Notes: generated by a model from the sequence alone, not told the origin. A stretch of 58,239 nucleotides of DNA from Candidatus Blackburnbacteria bacterium RIFCSPHIGHO2_01_FULL_43_15b (GCA_001816385.1 MHBW01000031.1:1-58239), one strand, 5' to 3'; shown: positions 1 through 9,199, counted from the first letter of the stretch. Numbers and translations are program-made.

Positions 1-151
1 AGATTTGGCAAAATAATTTCAAAAGTTTGCAAAGGTTTTAATTCGGGAGCCAGATGGTTCTTTAGATTCGAAGAATCGCAAGCTCTGCTTACTCGAACTA
101 ATATTTTGGGTAGATTTAATACTTGACAAATCGTCTCAATATGATACGATA

Positions 152-1213
152 ATGTGTATGGATGAGACGATATTAACTACACGGCAAAAATACATTCTTA
201 ATGTAATTAACCAATCGGAGGGACTTCTTAGGGAAGAAATTCAAGAAAAAGTTTCTAAATTATATCCCGTTTCAAAGCCAACCATTATAAGGGATCTTCA
301 TGTTTTATTGATTAAAAAACTGGTTAGTGTAACAGGGAAGGCTAGAGCTACAATATATTTTCCCAAAGTTCAAAACCCACTTCTTCGCGAGTTTAACCTT
401 GAAAGATATTTCGCCGATGATCCAGACAACAGAATTGGTGCCAGAAAATCATTTGATTTTGAGATATTTAAAAACTTGCATGATTTATTGACGCCGGAAG
501 AAATAAACACCCTAGAGAGAGTGGCACTAGGTTTTAGAGAAAAGACGATTAAACTAAGTCCTGACCTTTTGAAAAGGGAATTAGAAAGGTTTGTCATCGA
601 ATTGTCTTGGAAATCATCCAAAATTGAAGGTAATACTTATACTCTACTGGAAACAGAAAGTTTAATCAAAGAGCAAAGAGAGGCAAAAGGTAAGACAAAA
701 GATGAAGCTATAATGATTTTGAATCATAAGTCTGCTTTTGAAACCATACTTAAAAATAAAAATGATTTTAAAACAATTTCTATTGCAATAATTAATCAGC
801 TGCATAATATCTTAATTAGAAATTTAGCTATTTCTACAGGTATCAGAAAACAGACAGTAGGCATAACAGGTACGATTTATCGTCCACCTGACAATGAATT
901 TCAAATAAAAGAAGCGTTTGAAGAAACAATTAAAACAATTAATAAGACCAAAAACCCTTTTGAAAAAACACTGATTGCTCATTTTATGATTCCTTATATT
1001 CAACCGTATACAGATGGTAATAAAAGAACTGCCAGAATGCTGACGAACGCGGTTTTATTAGCTTACGATTTATATCCTCTTTCATATCGCAGTGTTGACG
1101 AAGATGAATTTAAAAGGGCTTTAATTTTGTTTTACGAACAGGAGAGTATTTATGAAATCAAAAAGTTGTTTATAGAACAGATTAAGTTTGCCAACGAAAC
1201 TTATTTTAGATAA
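152..1213 (+). CDS. Fic/DOC-family protein with a degenerate active-site motif
   Basis: 353-aa ORF. The Fic motif position reads QPYTDGNKRTAR (nt 1001-1036) instead of HPFxxGNGRxxR. The upstream core (KIEGNTYTL) and the helical architecture are typical of Fic proteins. ATG codons at 152 and 158. Confidence 0.7.
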   Translation: MCMDETILTTRQKYILNVINQSEGLLREEIQEKVSKLYPVSKPTIIRDLHVLLIKKLVSVTGKARATIYFPKVQNPLLREFNLERYFADDPDNRIGARKSFDFEIFKNLHDLLTPEEINTLERVALGFREKTIKLSPDLLKRELERFVIELSWKSSKIEGNTYTLLETESLIKEQREAKGKTKDEAIMILNHKSAFETILKNKNDFKTISIAIINQLHNILIRNLAISTGIRKQTVGITGTIYRPPDNEFQIKEAFEETIKTINKTKNPFEKTLIAHFMIPYIQPYTDGNKRTARMLTNAVLLAYDLYPLSYRSVDEDEFKRALILFYEQESIYEIKKLFIEQIKFANETYFR

Positions 1214-1274
1214 TTTTAATCTGTGGTAAAAAAACGAGCACTTCGGTGCACTTTGCTTGGACATCCGGCCAAGC

Positions 1275-1472
1275 TCAGTCGAAGCCCCCAGTATCTACTT
1301 GTGGCTTGATTGCTCCCTGATCTACTAATTCCGTCAGTCTTTCCAGGTGCTTGCTATTTGTTTCTGTGCCTTGTCCAATTGCTGTTATTCCAGATTCCTT
1401 AGCTAATTCGGGGTCTGGCTTACCTAGCATGGACACCAAAATCCCTCCTTTTTTAAGATCCCGATCCGCCAT
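1275..1472 (-). pseudogene. C-terminal remnant of a medium-chain dehydrogenase / quinone-oxidoreductase-like gene
   Basis: 65-aa ORF. LKKGGILVSMLG...LTELVDQGAIKPQVD resembles the C-terminal end of MDR-family oxidoreductases. No upstream coding continuation is present. Confidence 0.35.
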
Positions 1473-1559
1473 TTAAGTTAAGTGCTGATCCAAATACTTC
1501 ATCTCTTTAAGAGAGTGTTCGGAAGAGGTAAGGAAAGCAATGTCTGATATACTAAAAAT

Positions 1560-2117
1560 ATGGACCACTGGCGTTCATTTAGATATAAAAACCTGACTTT
1601 ATTTGTAATTTCGGTTTTGTTTGCTGTGCTTCTGTCACGCTTTGAACCATTTCACGCTTTTTTGTTAAATCTTGGAAGCTTGGGATACTTTGGTGCATTT
1701 CTGGCTGGTATCTTATTTGTTTCTACCTTTACAGTCGCAACCGGAGTAGTTATTTTGCTCGTCCTTGCCAAACAGCTATCGCCAATAGAAATTGGACTGG
1801 TAGCAGGGTTTGGTGCAGTTGTAGGAGATTTTACCATCTTTCGATTTATTAAAGATAACCTTCTTGAAGAAATAACACCTTTTTACAATCGTTTTGGAGG
1901 CAATCACATTACTACGGTGTTACATAGCAAATATTTCAGTTGGACACTGCCTGTCATTGGAGCAATTGTTATTGCCTCTCCTTTTCCTGATGAAATAGGA
2001 GTTAGCCTTATGAGTATTGCCAGAATGAAAACATACCAGTTTCTTATTCTTTCTTTTATCTTAAATGCAGTCGGTATTTTCTTTGTTGTCTCAGCAAGTA
2101 CGATAATTAAACCTTAG
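1560..2117 (+). CDS. multi-pass membrane protein, function unknown
   Basis: 185-aa ORF with about 5 hydrophobic helices. No motif recognised. Confidence 0.6.
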   Translation: MDHWRSFRYKNLTLFVISVLFAVLLSRFEPFHAFLLNLGSLGYFGAFLAGILFVSTFTVATGVVILLVLAKQLSPIEIGLVAGFGAVVGDFTIFRFIKDNLLEEITPFYNRFGGNHITTVLHSKYFSWTLPVIGAIVIASPFPDEIGVSLMSIARMKTYQFLILSFILNAVGIFFVVSASTIIKP

Positions 2118-2348
2118 TTTGGTGCGGAATGAACTACCCCCAGCACAGGAGGCTAAGGTTTTTTCTGAGTACATGAAAAAAGGGGCCAGAATCTTTGCCA
2201 GTATAGGGACGGAGGTCCATATTTTAATAACCAAAATGCCCACAAGAACTGGGTAGTTCTTCCTTAGTTAGGCTTTAGTTGCCAATCCACACTTGACAAG
2301 AGGTGCCAGCTGCTGTTTTATTAAATATATTAAGAGTAAGCAGGTAGT

Positions 2349-5300
2349 TTGGCTGCCAAAATGAGAGACAAGTATCGCTTGCCACAGATCTGTCAAAAAG
2401 GAAGTGTTCTACTCCTTCTTGTTTTTTTGTTCCTTGCTCTCCCAGCAAGGGCAATTGCCCTCACAAACGTACAGTCATACTACGACTGGGGCCCTTATTA
2501 CCACTCAAATCAACAAGTTTTGGGAGTAACGTATCCATCCACTGAAAAATTACCCTCCATTACTCCACCAGAAGGCGTTTCAATTCCCCAGTCCACAGGA
2601 ATCCTGCCAGGAAACCCTCTCTCTCCACTAGAACACTTTGCTGAAAATGTGCAATTAGCCTTCACTTTTAACCCGGTAACAAAAGAAGAACTGCGTTTAT
2701 CCATTGCCCAAGAAAGGCTCTCTGAAGCAAAAACTCTCACAGATCAAGAACAATTCCAGCACGCATCAGAAGCAGCTTTCTTGTACCAAAAAACCATGGC
2801 TACCATCGTTCAAAACCTTGAGACTTTAGCTTCAAACAATCCCGACAGTGCAAGTCAACTCGCAACTGCTGTTGAGAATGTAACAGTTTCTCACGCAACT
2901 GCCATCCAAAGTATCGCAGCCGCCAATCCCCCTGCCGCCTCTACGGTCTGGGCACACATCGACAACGGCGCAAACGCTGCCCTTGACGCAGTCAGTAATT
3001 TAAAAGGCGAGCCGCCAATCCCCAATGACTTATCTACCAGCATACAAGCTCTAAAGGAACAGGGGATTTTGACATCCGAAGAAAGCGAGAAAATCTACGG
3101 ACTGCCAAGCCGGGCAGAAGTAAGAGAGACATTAGAAAAATTAACGACTTCCGGAAGATTCCCAATAGCCGAAATGACAAAACTTGATACCCAAATCGCC
3201 TCCCGTTATCCAGAATTCCACAACCAACTTACAAACAATCTACAATTTGTGGAACTGCGTACCTACGAAACCCTGCCTCCACCAGATAATGAAACCAAAA
3301 AATCACTCGAAGAATGGCAAAGCAGAAAAGACAAAGACCTGCCGTTGCCACCAGAAATTCGGCCATACCTCTATACTTCGCGTTCCGAAGAACTCGCAAG
3401 CTCCATAAACTTTGCTCCATTTTCAAAAGACCAGCAAAACGAGGTCGCCAAGTTCTTCCCCGAAGCAGTCCTTGTCAATCCAACCATTCCCTCGGAAACC
3501 TCCTCACCATCACCAACTCCAACACCCGCAACTGGGCCAGAACCAGCTCCCTCGCCCGCAGAACCAGTTACTCCCTCTCCATCTCTTCCCCCACCTTCGA
3601 CAGCGCCATACTTAACAAGCTATAACGGAACCTTGCCTGGAAATACATTCTATTTTCTAAAACGAACTGCGGAAGGCATACAAACAATAACCACCTTTGA
3701 CAAAAGTGAGAAAGCGCGTCTTGCGATGCGTTTTGCTGAAGAGCGACTGCGAGAAGCATCTGTCCTTGCCAAAAATGAGGCGCGCGCCGACGATTACCAG
3801 CAAACACTTGAGCAATACCGGGACACCATGCGCAGCGTAGTTCAGGCAGTCAAGACTCTGAGCGGGCCGGAAGACCAAAAACAGGAACTTGCCGAAATCT
3901 TTGAGTCCGAAGCCTCACGCCACAATATTATTTTTGAAAAAGGACTGTTACCGATCCCAACAGAAAATACCCAAATCTTTACTGATGCAGTCAGGGCAAC
4001 TGAAAACCTGATGGATGTTTCAGCAGATACACTCAAACGTGCGCCCCTACCTTTGGTGCTCGCCAACAGACTACAAGACATGAAAGCCCAAGGGCTACTT
4101 CTCCCGGAAGAAGTAGACGTGTTAACCCAAAGCGAATCTCGCGAAGAAGCACGGGCGCTAATTCGTGATTTTAGCAAAGAAGGTATTTTTCCTCCGACCG
4201 ATACCAAAAAATTAGACGAGGCCCAGGCTTTGGTTTCTCCTTCAGATTTCAACCAGCTGGTAGAAGTAAGAAAAGTGGAAGAGCTGCAGAATTTACGGTC
4301 AATTCAAACAGATTTAGCTCAAACTCCCACGCTTAAAAATAATGCTAATGTTTTAAGCCAAAGAGTAAAAAACTTGACCGAGAGCATTGATATTTCATTA
4401 ATTAAACCCGAAGATATAGCTGGCAGGGAAGATTTAAAGGCGGTTTACGATAAACTGGCGGCTAGTAGTTCGGCCAGGCCAATTAACAGAGGTCAATTTG
4501 GCAATCAACCTCCTTCGCCAACAGATGTGGTTTTAACCGCCTGTCCTGTTGGAGCCACTTTCAAGAGTGGGGAGGGTTGTGTTTGGGCAGATAGCGGTAA
4601 AAAACTTAATGATTATGATCAGTATAAATGTAGCGGTTCGGGACAGTATTATTCATTTGCTGCTCAAAAATGCGTTCCTTATGAAAGGGGCAGGGGTTTT
4701 GGAGATGATGCTTCTCCTGTTTGTCCGGCAGGTTATAATTGGGCTTGGCAAAGCCAAAGTTGTCAGACTTCACCCGGTGGAGTGACACCCTTACCTATTC
4801 CCAGCCCGGGTCCGGGGGATTCAGAGTCCTGTCCCCAAGAATCATCCTACCAAGCGCCAAATGGTTGTGTGTGGGATAATAATGGTAAGCCAGTTAGTGA
4901 TTCCACAGATTACAATTGCCAGAGTAATCAATACTACTCTTTTAGTCAGTTCAAATGTGTTCCACAGCCTAAGCCAGGTGAGGATCCCAGAGACTTTGTA
5001 CCTTCCTGTAAAAGTCCTAATACTTATTGGAGTTGGTCGGACGGTAAATGTACCTTGCCCAGACCTATTGAAGGGGGAATTAAGGAAATAAATATTCCGC
5101 AACCTACTTTTGTTCCTCCTGGCAATCCATTCTATTTTGTTAAACAGTGGGGCGAGGGTTTGCAAAAAACATTTGCTTTTACTCCTCAAGTCAGAGAACA
5201 GGTTAGTTTATCTCAAGCCAAAGAAAGATTAGCTGAAGCTGCCTATGCTTTGAAAAAAGACGATAAAGCAGGAGTTAAAGCAGCCATCTCTGATTATATC

Positions 5301-7553
5301 TGGGCCATGCAAAACACGATGGCTGATGTATCTAGGGAGGGTTTTTCTGAGGGGGCAAAGCAGGAGATTGCCAAGCTTTTGAGTGAAGAATCGGTTGAAC
5401 AAAACCTGTTGCTGACAAAACTGTCAGCTTGGGCCAAAGAAGAGATGGATGAGATTATCCAAACTGCCACCTCTATGCCGATTTTGGGTGTTGACAAAGC
5501 AGCTGATGTTTTAGGTGAGCCTCCTATCCCTGATGATATTAGAACCAAAATTGAAGCGTTGCCTGCGGAGATGATTTCGGAAGAGAATAAGAAAAAACTG
5601 CTGGATGCAGATTCCCGGGTGGCAGTTAGGGCAGAATTGACTAATCTTTCAAATGTTGGAGGTTTGGGAAGAGACGATGTGGTATTTTTGAATGATGATT
5701 TTGATAAAGTTGACAGTGGAGCTCAAGTTGAGTTGGAAGAACTTTCCAAACTGGCAGAGATTGCCGACATTACCAATCAGAAGGATGATATTGATCAAAA
5801 GGTAGAAAAGAATGAGGATATTGTTACAAAACTGGGTGAATTTCAAAAAAACTTTGAGCCCGGTCAAGAAATTCCCGCGGAAATTCGTCCTTATGTGAGG
5901 CTAACCAGGATTGATGAAATAACTCAAACTATCCGTCCTGATGTTGTGAGATTGGAAGATTTCCAAAACCGCAAAGACGTACAGCTTGCTGTGGCAACAC
6001 TCCAGGAAGAATTCAGACCTACCAGTCAATCTGTTCAGCAGGTGCGGGATTTTAGAAGAAGGAATCCCGGTGTTTTCCTACCGCCTGATTTGGCTAGGAT
6101 TGAAGCTTTATCATATAATCTAGGTGTAAGGGATCAGGCTGGTCCATGTTATCTACCCACCCCGCCTTTCCCGGCCAATACTCCTTGTCCTGCCCCGGGC
6201 GCGTCCATACCAATTGCCTCTTATACTGGATATCTGACAATAGATGAGTTTCGTCCCGGATGGCCTGGCGGGCCATCGGGCGGATCAAACAGCAGTCCGT
6301 CTGTTGACAAAGAAGGAAAACCTTTAGTTTATGGTCAAGGACCACAGGCCCAAAGCGCCGGAGTTTGTCCTGACGGATATCATTGGATGTATGACAGCGG
6401 CGGCTGGTGTATGTCAAATAGCGGTAACTACAGTTCTTCTTACAACTATACGCCAACCGGAACCGGTTCGGGTTATACTCCTTACAGCCCTTATTACACT
6501 GCTCCGGGAGCTCCACCTGCCACTTACGGTTACCCAACAGGTGGGAATTATCCTTCGTCTCCTTACTCATATGGTGCGCCTAGTTATTATGGTCCGGCTC
6601 CCACTAATTACACCACTAATCCGCCATCAGGCACTGTACCCGGTTCAGGACCTGCGCCTGTCTCTCCGGGTCAGTGTCCATCAGGCTTTCATTGGATGAG
6701 TGACAGTGGTGGTTGGTGTATGTCAAATGGCAATACTTATGTACCCGGTGGTGGCGGCGGATACGGTGGCGGTAGCGGCGTTAACCCGCTCTACCCAGGC
6801 GGCTCAGGCAATTGCCCACCCGGACAATATTGGACAGGAGGTCCGTCAGGAGGCTCGTGTGTTACTTCCGATACGTGGGGTGGATATGGCGGCACATCAT
6901 GCGGCGTTGGTCCGCCATCATCCGGTTGTGGTTATAATTCATATTGGGATTCCGGCAGTTGTTCCTGCAGAAGTTCCAACACCCCATATTATGGGGGTGG
7001 AGGATCATCAGGTGGTCCAAGCGGTTGTTATCCTCCCCCAGGTGGCTGTGGATCTGGTTGGTGGGATAATGGATCATGTTCATGCAAACAGGCTTCATCA
7101 CAAGGCTGTTACAATGTATCGGCATCAAGTTGTGGCAGCGGATTTTATTGGGATGCCGGCCTTTGTACTTGCCGCTCCAACACCACATCCTCCGGTGGAG
7201 GGACCAGCAGTGGAGGATCTACCAGTAGCGGATCCTGTCCTTCCGGTTCTCATTGGATGAGCGATAATGGCGGTTACTGTATGTCTGATGCCGCTCGAGA
7301 CGGGTCAACATCAGGAGGCTCCACCACCACTGGTGGTTCTACCCCAAGTGGTTCGTGTCCTTCTGGTTATCACTGGATGGGCGATAATGGCGGCTGGTGG
7401 ATGTCTGACGGCGCCCAAACAAGCTCGACTCCCACCACTACCACCACTGAACCATCAACCAGCACTACTACTACAGCTCCCACCACTACCACCACTGAAC
7501 CATCAACCAGCACTACTACTACAGCTCCCACCACTACCACCACTTCTCCATGA
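2349..7553 (+). CDS. giant secreted/cell-surface repeat protein: three DUF5667-like modules, Cys-rich repeats and a Gly/Ser/Tyr/Thr-rich tail
   Basis: 1,734-aa uninterrupted ORF (TTG at 2349; first ATG at 2361) with an N-terminal hydrophobic signal/anchor. There are three roughly 430-aa paralogous modules: GNPLSPLEHFAENVQLAFTFNP..., GNTFYFLKRTAEGIQTITTFD... and GNPFYFVKQWGEGLQKTFAFTP.... The motif CPxGxHWMxDxGGWCMS recurs four times. Confidence 0.85.
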   Translation: MAAKMRDKYRLPQICQKGSVLLLLVFLFLALPARAIALTNVQSYYDWGPYYHSNQQVLGVTYPSTEKLPSITPPEGVSIPQSTGILPGNPLSPLEHFAENVQLAFTFNPVTKEELRLSIAQERLSEAKTLTDQEQFQHASEAAFLYQKTMATIVQNLETLASNNPDSASQLATAVENVTVSHATAIQSIAAANPPAASTVWAHIDNGANAALDAVSNLKGEPPIPNDLSTSIQALKEQGILTSEESEKIYGLPSRAEVRETLEKLTTSGRFPIAEMTKLDTQIASRYPEFHNQLTNNLQFVELRTYETLPPPDNETKKSLEEWQSRKDKDLPLPPEIRPYLYTSRSEELASSINFAPFSKDQQNEVAKFFPEAVLVNPTIPSETSSPSPTPTPATGPEPAPSPAEPVTPSPSLPPPSTAPYLTSYNGTLPGNTFYFLKRTAEGIQTITTFDKSEKARLAMRFAEERLREASVLAKNEARADDYQQTLEQYRDTMRSVVQAVKTLSGPEDQKQELAEIFESEASRHNIIFEKGLLPIPTENTQIFTDAVRATENLMDVSADTLKRAPLPLVLANRLQDMKAQGLLLPEEVDVLTQSESREEARALIRDFSKEGIFPPTDTKKLDEAQALVSPSDFNQLVEVRKVEELQNLRSIQTDLAQTPTLKNNANVLSQRVKNLTESIDISLIKPEDIAGREDLKAVYDKLAASSSARPINRGQFGNQPPSPTDVVLTACPVGATFKSGEGCVWADSGKKLNDYDQYKCSGSGQYYSFAAQKCVPYERGRGFGDDASPVCPAGYNWAWQSQSCQTSPGGVTPLPIPSPGPGDSESCPQESSYQAPNGCVWDNNGKPVSDSTDYNCQSNQYYSFSQFKCVPQPKPGEDPRDFVPSCKSPNTYWSWSDGKCTLPRPIEGGIKEINIPQPTFVPPGNPFYFVKQWGEGLQKTFAFTPQVREQVSLSQAKERLAEAAYALKKDDKAGVKAAISDYIWAMQNTMADVSREGFSEGAKQEIAKLLSEESVEQNLLLTKLSAWAKEEMDEIIQTATSMPILGVDKAADVLGEPPIPDDIRTKIEALPAEMISEENKKKLLDADSRVAVRAELTNLSNVGGLGRDDVVFLNDDFDKVDSGAQVELEELSKLAEIADITNQKDDIDQKVEKNEDIVTKLGEFQKNFEPGQEIPAEIRPYVRLTRIDEITQTIRPDVVRLEDFQNRKDVQLAVATLQEEFRPTSQSVQQVRDFRRRNPGVFLPPDLARIEALSYNLGVRDQAGPCYLPTPPFPANTPCPAPGASIPIASYTGYLTIDEFRPGWPGGPSGGSNSSPSVDKEGKPLVYGQGPQAQSAGVCPDGYHWMYDSGGWCMSNSGNYSSSYNYTPTGTGSGYTPYSPYYTAPGAPPATYGYPTGGNYPSSPYSYGAPSYYGPAPTNYTTNPPSGTVPGSGPAPVSPGQCPSGFHWMSDSGGWCMSNGNTYVPGGGGGYGGGSGVNPLYPGGSGNCPPGQYWTGGPSGGSCVTSDTWGGYGGTSCGVGPPSSGCGYNSYWDSGSCSCRSSNTPYYGGGGSSGGPSGCYPPPGGCGSGWWDNGSCSCKQASSQGCYNVSASSCGSGFYWDAGLCTCRSNTTSSGGGTSSGGSTSSGSCPSGSHWMSDNGGYCMSDAARDGSTSGGSTTTGGSTPSGSCPSGYHWMGDNGGWWMSDGAQTSSTPTTTTTEPSTSTTTTAPTTTTTEPSTSTTTTAPTTTTTSP
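7431..7544 (+). repeat. perfect 48-bp tandem repeat (2.4 copies) encoding the Thr-rich PTTTTTEPSTSTTTTA unit
   Basis: The unit cccaccactaccaccactgaaccatcaaccagcactactactacagct occurs at 7431-7478 and again at 7479-7526. A partial third copy runs to 7544. It lies in frame at the C-terminus of the giant ORF. Confidence 0.9.
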
Positions 7554-7903
7554 TGAAGAATGCTTTGTTCTTTTTTGTTCTAGGCATCATTACGGGAGTT
7601 ATGGCTGTAGAGCTTTTTTCTCAAATCCCCAAAAGACACACAATATTTTACGATGGGCTTATGTTTAGCCCTGAACTTTTAGTAATCAGATTTGGTGATT
7701 CAGTAACTGTTTACAACAACTCGACAAAGGCTATGGAGGTTGCTGCGGGGAAACACGAAAATCACAAAAACCTGCAAGGATTCGAGGAGAAAATTGTCAA
7801 GCCAGAAACGACATACACATTTACTCCTCTGGAAAAAGGAGCGTTTGACTTCCACGATCATCTTAATCCTAAAAAACTAGGAATACTGGCAATTGACGAA
7901 TAA
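7550..7903 (+). CDS. small membrane-anchored protein, possibly a cupredoxin-like beta-sandwich without Cu ligands
   Basis: 117-aa ORF whose ATG overlaps the giant ORF's TGA (ATGATG). It has an N-terminal TM helix. The pattern IRFGDSVTVYNNS...TYTFTPLEKGAFDFHDH resembles a cupredoxin fold, but there is no Cys. Confidence 0.5.
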   Translation: MMKNALFFFVLGIITGVMAVELFSQIPKRHTIFYDGLMFSPELLVIRFGDSVTVYNNSTKAMEVAAGKHENHKNLQGFEEKIVKPETTYTFTPLEKGAFDFHDHLNPKKLGILAIDE

Positions 7904-7960
7904 TTTATTGTAGTGCAACTTCTAAGCAAACTTAACGACTGCCAAAGTAAAATCACAAAC

Positions 7961-8734
7961 CTATCCGATAAGAAAAATCCAAAAGAGCAAGGCAAGAAAA
8001 ATTCGGTAGATGCCAAAGGGAATAAAGGTGTGGGTTTGAATAAATTTCAAGAGGAATTTGACCGCTATAATTGCCACCAAAAACGAGCCCATAAACCCCG
8101 TTGCAAGCAAAAGGTACTCCCTTTCACTCAAAGCAAAATCACTCTTAACAATGTCCAACCCTGACGCAGCCAGCATCGTAGGTACCGCCAATAGAAAAGA
8201 GAACTCTACAGCTACCTTTCTCCTTGCTCCCACAAAAAGTCCCCCCAGAATGGTAGCTGCGGCCCGAGAGACCCCGGGAACCACAGATAGGGACTGACAA
8301 ACTCCAATTAGAAAAGATTGTTTGAAACTTAAATCCTCGACTTTCTTTACATGTTGTTCTTTCTCCTGGTGAAAGAACTCCAGAACAATAAGTGCAATGC
8401 CCCCAAAAAAGAGTGCTAGCAATGTGATGTTTGTGTTACCAATCAAAAAACTTTTTATGTACTTGTAAAGGAAAAACCCCAAAAAGGCAGTTGGCAAAAA
8501 GGCAGTCAGTATGCGCAAACCAGCTCGCTTGCTGGTTAAAAGGGTTTTCCCGTATAAAAAAATTATGGCTGCGATAGCACCAAGCTGGATAATAATTTCA
8601 AAACTTTTGACAAAATCTGTTTGAGGAATATTCAAAATGTTAGCTGTTAAAACCAGATGCCCCGTTGAGGAAACAGGCAAAAACTCAGTCAGCCCCTCAA
8701 CTACCGACAATATAATTGCCTGAAAATATTCCAT
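7961..8734 (-). CDS. uppP: undecaprenyl-diphosphate phosphatase
   Basis: 257 aa. The N-terminus IILSVVEGLTEFLPVSSTGHL and the polytopic layout are characteristic of BacA/UppP. Confidence 0.9.
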   Translation of the reverse strand: MEYFQAIILSVVEGLTEFLPVSSTGHLVLTANILNIPQTDFVKSFEIIIQLGAIAAIIFLYGKTLLTSKRAGLRILTAFLPTAFLGFFLYKYIKSFLIGNTNITLLALFFGGIALIVLEFFHQEKEQHVKKVEDLSFKQSFLIGVCQSLSVVPGVSRAAATILGGLFVGARRKVAVEFSFLLAVPTMLAASGLDIVKSDFALSEREYLLLATGFMGSFLVAIIAVKFLLKFIQTHTFIPFGIYRIFLALLFWIFLIG

Positions 8735-8987
8735 AGAACCTCTACCTGCCAGTATATTGTATTACCCCAAGCCATATGCTCACAACAATATTACCCCTTT
8801 CTTATCCTCTCCTCTTTCTTTTAAAGATATGCTCTCGTATGGAAAATACAAAACCTACCTTCGAGTATTAAGGTTTTACAAGTCCATAGTGCGCACAATT
8901 TTCAGTCAAGCCAATTAAGACAAAACTACAACTGCAAAAACTCCAGAACCTTATACCCGAAATACACCAACACGAGTTTCACACTTT

Positions 8988-9130
8988 GTCATTCCGTACT
9001 TGATACGGAATCCATACAAATAAGTATTGATATGTTCACTTTGTTCAGAAACGAATACGTTATAACAGGTCGAATATCTGATATATCGGAGCTTTGCTCC
9101 GTTATAGATTCCCGCTTTCGCGGGAATGAC
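8988..9130. repeat. composite hairpin element bounded by GTCAT...ATGAC
   Basis: Left hairpin gtcattccgta-cttga-tacggaatc at 8988-9012. Right hairpin gattcccgc-tttc-gcgggaatgac at 9108-9130. An internal hairpin cggagc-tt-tgctccg is also present. Confidence 0.8.
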
Positions 9131-9136
9131 AGCTGA

Positions 9137-9199
9137 TAAAAGAAATCAGAATTTCTCTTCGGCTACGCGTAAAAGAAATCAGAATTTCTCTTCGGCTAC
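9137..9199 (+). repeat. 30-bp direct repeat, two tandem copies 3 bp apart
   Basis: taaaagaaatcagaatttctcttcggctac occurs at 9137-9166 and 9170-9199. It contains the palindrome agaaat-N4-atttct. Confidence 0.9.

Noticed and set aside
2118-2348. A promoter (TTGACA at 2293-2298 with a weak TG-extended -10 at about 2314-2322) and the hairpin aagaact-gggt-agttctt (about 2248-2265) upstream of the giant gene.
   Set aside because: The -10 match is weak (TTTATT) and the hairpin lacks a U-tract. This is plausible but not strong enough to list as a feature.
3184-7668. Many alternative-frame and antisense ORFs inside the giant gene (for example 3314-3625, 3842-4252, 6094-6570, 6331-6699, 6700-7260, 6862-7188 and 7267-7668).
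   Set aside because: They are fully nested in a 5.2-kb continuous ORF with clear modular protein repeats. Their translations are low-complexity sequence (Pro/His/Val/Leu runs) of the kind expected from out-of-frame reading of Gly/Ser/Thr-rich repeats.
9137-9199. A possible CRISPR array, because identical 30-bp repeats occur here.
   Set aside because: There are only two copies, separated by 3 bp rather than by spacer-length unique sequence. The third copy is 2.5 kb away, and no cas genes are present.
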